Shown here: positions 30,236 to 38,003 of the stretch, piece after piece
Layout: each line of letters starts with the position of its first letter
Numbering within the stretch: position 1 is the stretch's first letter
From: Terriglobia bacterium
Lineage (GTDB): Bacteria; Acidobacteriota; Terriglobia; JAJPHL01; JAPKYU01
Assembly: GCA_965223005.1 (NCBI GenBank)
Contig: CBDCVK010000010.1
Location: 416,001 to 480,000, forward strand
Length of the DNA stretch: 64,000 bases
Direction of reading: 5' to 3'
The notes under the pieces: generated by a model
Databases searched by the model: none
What the model saw: the letters and a program-made list of their open reading frames with translations, nothing else
Told to the model about the DNA's origin: nothing
Position numbers and translations under genes: made by a program

Positions 30236-30366
30236 GCGGCGGCGGCTCCCAGGCGCGCTCACATTCATGATACCAAAACCCGCGCTCGGCCTGCCGGGCG
30301 TACAGCAATTCCGGCCCACGGGGGTGGGCAAGAATTCTGCTTGCACTCTGAGGGCGGTCTCGATAT

Positions 30367-30383
30367 ACTTTGCGACACAAAGC
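30367..30383. promoter_or_regulatory. palindromic operator ACTTTG-N5-CAAAGC
   Basis: ACTTTGcgacaCAAAGC, 8 nt before ATG 30392. Confidence 0.65.
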
Positions 30384-30391
30384 TTGCAGCC

Positions 30392-31021
30392 ATGCCACCG
30401 GAACTGAACGAGGCACTGGAGCAGATCAGCGCGATCCGCGGGCACCTGGTGACTGCGGAAACCTTCCGCGGCTACCGGGCCGTGCCTGCTGCGGCTACTG
30501 GCGTAGTGGCGCTGCTGGCGGCGCTGGCGCAGCCGACGTTGGCCGGCGACCTGGTGGTTCAGCCTGTGCGGTACGTCATGCTTTGGGTGGGGGCTGCGGT
30601 GCTGTGCGCGGCCGGCGTTGGCGCGCAAATGCTGCTTGGCTATCTGAACTGTGCCTCAGCCCATCGGCGCGCCACCACGCGAATCGTGGTGGGGCAACTG
30701 CTGCCCTCGCTGACGGCCGGCGCGCTGCTGACCTGGATCCTGACCTGGCGGCAACCCGATTCGGTAGCCTTGTTGCCGGGCCTGTGGGCGATGCTGGTCA
30801 GCCTGGGCGTATTTGCCTCGCGGCGTCACCTGCCGCGAACCATCGGCTGGGTGGGCCTGTACTACTTGGTGTGTGGGGCCGCGATCCTGCACTACTTGCC
30901 CGGACGGGAAGCACTGGCACCGTGGGTGATGGGGGCAACCTTCGGCGTCGGCCAGTTGGCAGCCGCGCTGGTGCTCTACTGGAATCTGGAGAGAAATGGC
31001 TCGGAAGAGGAAGCAGTCTGA
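30392..31021 (+). CDS. six-TM membrane protein co-encoded with a wHTH regulator
   Basis: MPPELNEALEQISAIR..FRGY, LPGLW, MG.TFG.GQ motifs; overlaps regulator start. Confidence 0.75.
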   Translation: MPPELNEALEQISAIRGHLVTAETFRGYRAVPAAATGVVALLAALAQPTLAGDLVVQPVRYVMLWVGAAVLCAAGVGAQMLLGYLNCASAHRRATTRIVVGQLLPSLTAGALLTWILTWRQPDSVALLPGLWAMLVSLGVFASRRHLPRTIGWVGLYYLVCGAAILHYLPGREALAPWVMGATFGVGQLAAALVLYWNLERNGSEEEAV

Positions 31022-31424
31022 AACCCAACCGACCGGCGGACGCTTTGCCTACGAAGGCTTGGACCGGCTGCTGCACGAACGCGCGCGCCTGGGCATTCTG
31101 ACCACTCTGGCCACTCGCCCGGACGGCGTGCTGTTCTCTGACCTGAAGGAACTGTGCGCGCTCACCGACGGCAACCTCAGCCGCCACCTGCAGGTGCTGC
31201 ACGAGGCCGGCCTGGTCGAGGTCTGGAAGCGGTTTGAGAACCGGCGCCCGCAGACACTTTGCCGCCTCTCGCGGCAAGGGCGCGAGAGGTTCCTGGTTTA
31301 CTTGACGGTGTTGGAAGAGGTGGTGCAGGACGCGGCCGTGACTCGCAGGGCGCTGCTGAAGCATTCCCGCAAGCCCCGGAAGGGAGAGGCGTTGGCCGCC
31401 TCCAGCGGCTGGGTGCCGGCCTGA
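30996..31424 (+). CDS. winged-helix transcriptional regulator (ArsR/MarR-like, HTH_34 type)
   Basis: LDRLLHERARLGIL, F.DLK...LTDGNLSRHL..L. Confidence 0.88.
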   Translation: MARKRKQSETQPTGGRFAYEGLDRLLHERARLGILTTLATRPDGVLFSDLKELCALTDGNLSRHLQVLHEAGLVEVWKRFENRRPQTLCRLSRQGRERFLVYLTVLEEVVQDAAVTRRALLKHSRKPRKGEALAASSGWVPA

Positions 31425-31445
31425 GCAGTTTTTTTGTGGCATTTA

Positions 31446-31479
31446 ACTTTGTACTACAGAGGTCTACATAACGCAAAGT
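31446..31479. promoter_or_regulatory. second operator copy plus an extra half-site upstream of ispH
   Basis: ACTTTGtactaCAGAGG followed by ...CAAAGT. Confidence 0.55.
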
Positions 31480-31503
31480 ACATTCCCAACACGGAGGCTC
31501 TCA

Positions 31504-32358
31504 ATGCAAGTCATCCGCGCCGAGGCCATGGGACTCTGTTTCGGGGTTCGCGACGCGCTGGAATCCATCGCCGCAGTCCCCGACCCGCACCACGTCACCG
31601 TTTACGGTGAGCTGGTGCACAACGAGGAAGTGAACCGCCGGCTGGCGGAGCGCGGCTTTCGGCAGCTCACCGAGCACAGCCGGAAGCAGGCAGTGCCGGA
31701 AACGCCGGTAGTGCTGATCACCGCGCACGGCATCAGCAACGAGGAGCGCGCGCGGCTCGAGTCCACCGGCCGCCGCCTGCTGGACACCACCTGTCCCCTG
31801 GTGCGCCGGGCGCACCAGGCCGCGCTGCGACTGGATGCCGAAGGCTGCTTGGTGCTGGTGATCGGGCGCCGGGGGCATGTGGAAGTGCGGGGGCTGGTGG
31901 GGGACCTTCGTCGCTGCGAGGTGGTGGAATCGCCCGCCGAGGTCCGCAGCTACCCGGCCGAGCGGCTTGGGGTGATCTGCCAGACGACCACCCCTGATGC
32001 GCTGCTTCGCGCGGTGCTGCGTGCGGTGCAGGCCAAGAATCCCGCCACGCAGATCCGGTTCGTGGATACCGTTTGCCGTCCCACCCGTGAGCGGCAGCAG
32101 GCGCTCGAGCGCCTGTTGCCGGCTGTGGACGCCCTGGTGGTGGTGGGCGGCAAGAATTCGCGCAATACTCGGGAGTTAGCCGAAACGGCGCGCGCCCGGG
32201 GCGTCCGAACCCTACAGGTCCAGAGTGCGGCCGAGCTGCGCCCGGCCTGGTTCCAGGAGTACCACACGGTCGGACTGACGGCCGGGACCTCGACGCTCGA
32301 CGAAACCATCGAGGAAGTGCATCGCCGACTGTTGGCCCTGGCGGTCGAGGCCTACTAG
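31504..32358 (+). CDS. ispH: 4-hydroxy-3-methylbut-2-enyl diphosphate reductase
   Basis: GLCFGV, LVHN, TAHG, DTTCPLV, GHVEV, QTT, DTVC..T..RQ, VGG.NS.NT, GLTAGTST. Confidence 0.95.
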   Translation: MQVIRAEAMGLCFGVRDALESIAAVPDPHHVTVYGELVHNEEVNRRLAERGFRQLTEHSRKQAVPETPVVLITAHGISNEERARLESTGRRLLDTTCPLVRRAHQAALRLDAEGCLVLVIGRRGHVEVRGLVGDLRRCEVVESPAEVRSYPAERLGVICQTTTPDALLRAVLRAVQAKNPATQIRFVDTVCRPTRERQQALERLLPAVDALVVVGGKNSRNTRELAETARARGVRTLQVQSAAELRPAWFQEYHTVGLTAGTSTLDETIEEVHRRLLALAVEAY

Positions 32359-32468
32359 GAGCCATCCGCGTCCTCTTCCCGGAACTGCAACGACCCGTCC
32401 TCCGCTTCGCTGGCAGCCTCCTTCTGTCGCCTAGCAGCCCTGGGCAGTTGGGTTCACTGCTCGGCCGA

Positions 32469-32514
32469 AACAGCAGATCCATCCCTCCACTCAGGCGCTG
32501 AGCTCGGGATGACA
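32469..32514 (+). repeat. REP/MITE-like half element
   Basis: AACAGCAGATCC...CCCTCCACT...GCTCGGGATGACA between convergent genes; family resemblance from memory only. Confidence 0.4.
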
Positions 32515-32535
32515 GAGGAAGTGGATCGGTTGGTT

Positions 32536-33195
32536 CTACTTCTGCTCGCGGAGGACTTCGACCTTGGCCGCAGGCACCGTCAGCTTCATCAAACGCCCGC
32601 CCTCGTCCGCCCAGATCTGGATTTCAACCTGGCCGGTTTTCACCACAAGCTTGCGGAGCGACTGGTCATTTCCCTCATGCTGGACTCTGACCATGCCCGG
32701 GGCCGTTTCCTGCCGCACCAGCACGTCCATATGCTGGGTGCCACCCTTGATGAAATCGTACTGGCGGACTAGGAAGGTATAGTGGTGGAAGAAATTCGTG
32801 TCCAGGATCACCACGTTCTTAGGCAGGAAATAATCCATGCGCTGCGAGCCGCCTTCGGTCGTCCTGTATTGGGCGGTGGTCTTCTCCGGACCGAAGGCGA
32901 GGACGGCGGAGCCGCGCTTGGGCGATTTCTGGACACGCTTGTAGCTGATCGGCTCGATGCCGTTGCGCAGCACCAGAGTCGCGGTCTCCTTCATGCGCCC
33001 GACTCCTTCCGAGCTAATCTGCAGCTCGGCGGTTGCCCGTACGCCTTTGGCCGTGGAGGCGATCTCGAAGCGTTCGACGCCGATCTCCTTCCCGTCAGAA
33101 TAGATGCGGAACACCCCGCGGTCGCTCAGGGCTTGCTTCCCGAACAGCGGCCCCACCAGGCACAGCAGCAGGATCAATAGGAACTGTCGAGGCAT
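32536..33195 (-). CDS. exported beta-rich hypothetical protein
   Basis: Signal peptide MPRQFLLILLLCLVGPLFG; IG.E.F.I and W.DE.GRL.K motifs. Confidence 0.7.
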   Translation of the reverse strand: MPRQFLLILLLCLVGPLFGKQALSDRGVFRIYSDGKEIGVERFEIASTAKGVRATAELQISSEGVGRMKETATLVLRNGIEPISYKRVQKSPKRGSAVLAFGPEKTTAQYRTTEGGSQRMDYFLPKNVVILDTNFFHHYTFLVRQYDFIKGGTQHMDVLVRQETAPGMVRVQHEGNDQSLRKLVVKTGQVEIQIWADEGGRLMKLTVPAAKVEVLREQK

Positions 33196-33242
33196 AAGAA
33201 ATCCATAACCTGCATTGCAGCCACGCCCCTGGAAAGTGAACC

Positions 33243-33764
33243 TCATGCTCGTCTCCGTGCCGGCTGTGTTGCCAGGCCGTCCAGAATTTCTTTTACCACA
33301 CTTTCCGTAGCGCCCGTAGCCTCCACACGCAGGCGGGCCCGTGCATAGAATGGAATGCGCTCGCGATAGAGCGCCCGGAAGCGCTCCGGATCGCGGGCCA
33401 GAGGGCGATCGGTCCGGTGGCGTCGGCAACGTTCCAGCAGGAGTTCCGGCGGCCCGTCCAGCCAGACGGTGCACCCGCCCGACTCTTCCACCAGTTCCAC
33501 GTTTCGCGGCTGGGCAAACGCCCCGCCGCCAAGGGCCACCACTGCCGACGCTTCTGCTACCTCCGAGAGCAGCCGCTCTAGTTGTTGATGTTCCAACTCG
33601 CGAAAGGCGGCTTCCCCCTGCCGGTCAAAGATTTCGGGAATCGAGCAACCGGTAGCCGCTTCAATGCGGTCATCCAGATCCAGAAAGGGGCAATCCAGGC
33701 GCCGGGCCAGCGCCTGGCCCACCACGCTCTTGCCACTTCCCATGAAGCCGATTAGAAAAACCAC
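33243..33764 (-). CDS. aroK: shikimate kinase
   Basis: FLIGFMGSGKS, DLD, GEAAFRELE, LGGG, RPL; start (GTG) uncertain. Confidence 0.92.
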   Translation of the reverse strand: MVFLIGFMGSGKSVVGQALARRLDCPFLDLDDRIEAATGCSIPEIFDRQGEAAFRELEHQQLERLLSEVAEASAVVALGGGAFAQPRNVELVEESGGCTVWLDGPPELLLERCRRHRTDRPLARDPERFRALYRERIPFYARARLRVEATGATESVVKEILDGLATQPARRRA

Positions 33765-33767
33765 TGA

Positions 33768-33837
33768 GTCCAAGACCCAAAGTCTAAGGTCCAACGTCCA
33801 ACGCCACGTTCTTCGGCACAAGCCCTGGACCTTGGAC
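33768..33837. repeat. inverted heptamer arrays GTCCAAG / CTTGGAC
   Basis: GTCCAAG ACCCAAA GTCTAAG GTCCAAC GTCCAAC ... CCTGGAC CTTGGAC. Confidence 0.75.
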
Positions 33838-36194
33838 TATTTCAGGACCGCCTTCCCCATGCCCGCATTGTTTCCAAGATCATAGGCCCGTAGCACCACC
33901 AGGTGTTCCCCGGGGTTGAGGTTCTCTACCCGGAGAACAAAATCTTCCAGGCGCGAGTCCACAATCCCGTCCTGGGAATAGACCGGCAGCCAGGGGCCGG
34001 CGTCCACTGAGTATTCCGCACGTTGCAAGACCGAGGCGGCGTCCGTCACCCGGAATTGCACCTCCGCTGCACTCCCTTTCCGTTGCTTCGTCAGGAGCCG
34101 GACCTGAGGCGGCGTGTTGTCAATCAAAAACGGCGCGCTCCGCTCCTCTGCGCTGCGGGCGGTCTGGGGCGGATTGCCCTGAGCATCGGAAGCGACCAGG
34201 CGAACCTGGTACTTGCCGTCCGGCAGGCTTTCCGGCTCCGGCTGGAAGCGGAACCTGTACAGGTTCTTTTTCAGCAGCTTCCATTGGGTTTCGCCCTCGC
34301 CCCGGATGTAGAGGTTGAAGCTCATCCGGTCGCCGTCCGGGTCTTCAGCCTGCCAGGCGATTGTGATGTTGGGTTGGGGGGCCCTACTCTGAGCCGGACC
34401 GGGTTTGGGCGTGGACACCTGAGGTGCTCCGCGTTTCTGCGAAGCGGTGACGGTGTCCCGTACGACCACCACCATGGGCTCGGTGCTCGCACGCGCAGCA
34501 GCGGGCGCGGCGAGCGAAGCAGCCTGGGGCACCGACGCGGGTAGCATGGCCCGAGCCACCTTGACGGAGCGGATGATCGGCGCCCGGTTTTGCGGAAGGT
34601 AGGCTACGGAAACTTCTTCCAGGCTGGGCGAGCGTCCCTCGGCAGAGCGGAGCACCACCTTCCACTGCAGATATCGGGCAGGCGGACTCTTCACCTGTTG
34701 GTCGAACAGGTCCTCCCGGCCACCCACGGCACCAGGGTCGGAGGTCTGCGTCCACTCACTCCAGGTGTGGTCTGGGGTGGAAGAATTACCGCTGCGGGTG
34801 AGGAACTCGACACGCGTGCCGGCCGGCACCCCGGCGCGCCAACTGAGCTTCCCCCAGCGGGAAATCCGGCCGGTGTCTTGCACCGGCGACTCGTAGGAAC
34901 CGTGCTTGTCGGGTGTGGTGCCCAGGCGGAACAGTTTGCCGAAATTGCTGGTGGCAACCAGCACGTCGGAGCCTCGGCGAAGCAGGCGCGTCGTCTGCTC
35001 TTCCTCGGTTTCCACCAGCAGTGTGGTTTGCTTCTCGGCGTTCAATTGGTAAACACGGCCCCGCTCGTCAGTGGAGAACAACAGGCCTTCGGCGGCCGGC
35101 AGGATGCCATAGACGCTCTCTCGCTCGGATCTCCACATCTCCTCCACACTGCCATCGGGGGCGACCCGGTAGATAGCGCTGCGAGTCACGCCGGGGAAAT
35201 GCACCCTCGGAGTGGCGAAGGTCGCAGCGGCGCTGGCCGCCTGCTGGGCCGCCCTCTCCGCCGCCTTGCGAGCCTCCTGCAACTTCTCCTTCTCCACTTG
35301 GCCCTCCGGGCCTGGGGAGGGAACAGCCTTTGCGCTGATGGTGACTGAGACCGCTGCGCTCTGGCCGCCGGAAACCACCGCGCCACCAGTGCTGCCCAGA
35401 CGGCGCTGCCCCCGGGCCATCGCCGCCGCCAGCACGCTGCCGTCCGGCCCGACGACCACGTTGTGGATTTCCTCCAGGGGCGCATCATAGAGCACAAACG
35501 CTTTTCCCGCAGGCGAGATGCGGTAGAGCAGCCCGTTGGGCTCGCTGCCGGCTACCAGCGCCTGTTCCAGCCCCAGCGCCAGCGACATGACGTGGGTCTG
35601 CTGAGTGTCGAAGAAAAGCGACCCGGTGCCGTCGGGCGAGACGCGGTAAATGCGGCCGCGGTCGCCGGTGCCGACGTAAAGCGTGCCTTCGGGGGTCACC
35701 ACCAACGCCCAGATGTACTTGGCCTGCGGGTTGAAGAACTCCTGCGCCTTGCCATCCGGCGAGACCTTGTAGACCTTGCCGTCCGGAGACGTACCGACGT
35801 AAAGGTTGTTGTCGCGGTCCACCGCCAGCGCAAACACGTCTGGCTCAGGTGCGTCAAAGAACTCCTGAGCCTTCATCTCCACATCCAGCTTGAACACTTT
35901 TCCCGCGTGGCCGGTGCCCAGGTAAAGGTTGCTGGCGCGGTCTTCGACCACGGCCCAAACCAACGCCTGGCCAGTAGAGAAAACTTCTTCCAGCCGGGGC
36001 GCCAGCGACAACTTACCGTCGCGGCTGAGGGAAACTCCGGTGAAGGTGCCGCGAGCAAACCTGGCGTAGGTCTCCATCTGCCAGAAAGTCGTGCCTGCCG
36101 GAAAAGCCGGCCAGGCAAGTGCCGTCGTCAGCAAGATGGCCACCAGGCAGCGGCGCGTCTGGACTGTCATTGGGGTGGTTGCAAACGCAGGCAT
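33837..36194 (-). CDS. exported beta-propeller protein with C-terminal FN3/Ig-like domains
   Basis: Signal peptide; repeated (W/F)AL..D..LYVGT..GKVYKV blades; W.AEDPDGD and IDNTPP. Confidence 0.8.
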   Translation of the reverse strand: MPAFATTPMTVQTRRCLVAILLTTALAWPAFPAGTTFWQMETYARFARGTFTGVSLSRDGKLSLAPRLEEVFSTGQALVWAVVEDRASNLYLGTGHAGKVFKLDVEMKAQEFFDAPEPDVFALAVDRDNNLYVGTSPDGKVYKVSPDGKAQEFFNPQAKYIWALVVTPEGTLYVGTGDRGRIYRVSPDGTGSLFFDTQQTHVMSLALGLEQALVAGSEPNGLLYRISPAGKAFVLYDAPLEEIHNVVVGPDGSVLAAAMARGQRRLGSTGGAVVSGGQSAAVSVTISAKAVPSPGPEGQVEKEKLQEARKAAERAAQQAASAAATFATPRVHFPGVTRSAIYRVAPDGSVEEMWRSERESVYGILPAAEGLLFSTDERGRVYQLNAEKQTTLLVETEEEQTTRLLRRGSDVLVATSNFGKLFRLGTTPDKHGSYESPVQDTGRISRWGKLSWRAGVPAGTRVEFLTRSGNSSTPDHTWSEWTQTSDPGAVGGREDLFDQQVKSPPARYLQWKVVLRSAEGRSPSLEEVSVAYLPQNRAPIIRSVKVARAMLPASVPQAASLAAPAAARASTEPMVVVVRDTVTASQKRGAPQVSTPKPGPAQSRAPQPNITIAWQAEDPDGDRMSFNLYIRGEGETQWKLLKKNLYRFRFQPEPESLPDGKYQVRLVASDAQGNPPQTARSAEERSAPFLIDNTPPQVRLLTKQRKGSAAEVQFRVTDAASVLQRAEYSVDAGPWLPVYSQDGIVDSRLEDFVLRVENLNPGEHLVVLRAYDLGNNAGMGKAVLK

Positions 36195-36340
36195 GACCGA
36201 AGCATGAATCTCAGGTTGGAGCCGAACTTGAGTGGCACCTAGGAAACAGCTTACGGTGGATTGGCTTGCTTGTCAAAAGCGGCGCGGATGAAAGCTGGAG
36301 AGCTTGCGCCCGTTGGTGACGCATCCGGCACGAGTAATAC

Positions 36341-37789
36341 TCACAACCCCAGGTCCTTCCACAGAGCGTCCACGCGGGCCTTCACTTCAGGACTCATCTT
36401 CATCTCATCGGGCCAGGGCCGGGTAAAACCTTCTGTGGGCCACTTGCGCGTGGCATCCACGCCCATCTTGGAGCCGTAGTTGGGCAGCCGGCTGGCGTGA
36501 TCCAGAGAATCAATGGGGCCGAAAGTGAACTGGATGTCGCGCTCCGGGTCAATGTGGTTCAGCGCCTTCCAGACCACTTCACGAGGATTCTGCACGTCCA
36601 CATCATGGTCCACCACCACGATGCACTTGGTGAACATGGCCTGCCCCAAGCCCCAGATGGCGCTCATGACCTTGCGCGCGTGGCCCGGATAGGACTTGCG
36701 CATGGCCACCAGCATCAGGTTGTGGAAGATGCCCTCGGCGGGCATGGACATGTCCACGATCTCGGGCAGTTGCAGCCGCATCAGCGGTAGGAAGATGCGC
36801 TCGATGGCGTGCCCCATCCAGAAATCTTCCATGGGAGGCGGGCCAACAATGGTGGTGGGGTAAATGGGTTCTTTGCGGTGGGTGATGCAGGTGATGTGGA
36901 ACACCGGGTATTGGTCGGCAAGCGAGTAGAAGCCGGTGTGATCACCGAAAGGCCCTTCGGTGCGCAGCTCATCCAGGCGCACGTAGCCTTCCAGCACGAT
37001 TTCGCTGTTGGCCGGCACCTCCAGGTCGACCGTTTCGCAGCGCACCAGCTCCACCGGCTTCTGGCGCAGGAAGCCGGCGAAGAGCAATTCGTCCAGATCC
37101 GGCGGCAGCGGCAGCACGCCGGAGAGCATCACCGCCGGGTCGCTGCCGATGGTTGCCGCCACTTCCATTGTTGAGCCGGCCCGGGCGGCTTGCGCCCGCC
37201 GGAAATGCTCCGCGCCGTGCTTGTGCAGTTGCCAGTGCATGGCGGTGGTGCGCTCGTCAAACACCTGCATGCGGTAGCAGCCGGCGTTGCGCTTGCCCGT
37301 TTCCGGGTTGCGGGAGAACACCACGGGGAAGGTAATGAAGCGGCCGGCATCTTGCGGCCAGCATTGGATGACGGGAAAATCCAGCACCGAGAAGTTGTCG
37401 CGTTCCACCACCTCCTTGCAGGGCCCGCTACGCACCGTACGGGGGAAGAAGGCGCCGATCTCCGCCAGCTTCGGCAGCATCTTGATCTTTTCCAGCAGGC
37501 CCGCTGGTGACTTGAAGTCCAGGTACTGGCGGATGCGGTCGGCCACCTGCTCCAGCGAGTCCACCTCCAGCGCCAGGTTCATGCGCCGGGCCGAGCCGAA
37601 GGTGTTGATCAGCACCGGGATCTGGTAGCCCTTGGGGTTTTCAAACAGCAGGGCCGGCCCGCCTTGCTTGCTGACGCGGTCGGTGATTTCGGCGATCTCC
37701 AGCACCGGGTCCACCTCCACCTCGATGCGCTTCAGCTCCCCGGCCTGTTCGAGCGCGCGGATGAACGCGCGTAAATTCTCGTATGCCAT
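36341..37789 (-). CDS. ubiD: UbiD-family (menaquinone pathway) prFMN decarboxylase
   Basis: GELKRI..EVDP.LEI, GPALLFENP, N.GCYR, EIVLEG, EGPFGDHTGFY, GPPPMED. Confidence 0.92.
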   Translation of the reverse strand: MAYENLRAFIRALEQAGELKRIEVEVDPVLEIAEITDRVSKQGGPALLFENPKGYQIPVLINTFGSARRMNLALEVDSLEQVADRIRQYLDFKSPAGLLEKIKMLPKLAEIGAFFPRTVRSGPCKEVVERDNFSVLDFPVIQCWPQDAGRFITFPVVFSRNPETGKRNAGCYRMQVFDERTTAMHWQLHKHGAEHFRRAQAARAGSTMEVAATIGSDPAVMLSGVLPLPPDLDELLFAGFLRQKPVELVRCETVDLEVPANSEIVLEGYVRLDELRTEGPFGDHTGFYSLADQYPVFHITCITHRKEPIYPTTIVGPPPMEDFWMGHAIERIFLPLMRLQLPEIVDMSMPAEGIFHNLMLVAMRKSYPGHARKVMSAIWGLGQAMFTKCIVVVDHDVDVQNPREVVWKALNHIDPERDIQFTFGPIDSLDHASRLPNYGSKMGVDATRKWPTEGFTRPWPDEMKMSPEVKARVDALWKDLGL

Positions 37790-38003
37790 ATCTTACTCAC
37801 GTGGAATGTAGGGCCCCATTATAGACGAGAGCGGCGGCTTGTCGTCTATCTGGCTAGGACCCTTTGCGCTAGCCCAAAGGCCTTCAGAAACATCGTAGGG
37901 GGCTTCATCCGTTCTGCAGTAATCTGTCAGTTTCATAGCCACCACGGTGTCGGAACTGCAGACGCGAACAGCGATGCAAGGCATGCAGCACCATCCGGAA
38001 AAG

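Noticed and set aside
27255-30628. RiPP cluster (radical SAM + ATP-grasp with precursor peptide)
   Set aside because: No short precursor ORF, RRE/SPASM domain, peptidase or dedicated exporter; the small neighbour is YggX
30269-30628. Long N-terminal extension of the radical SAM ORF
   Set aside because: Overlaps the divergent membrane gene and operator; GC-rich open-frame artefact
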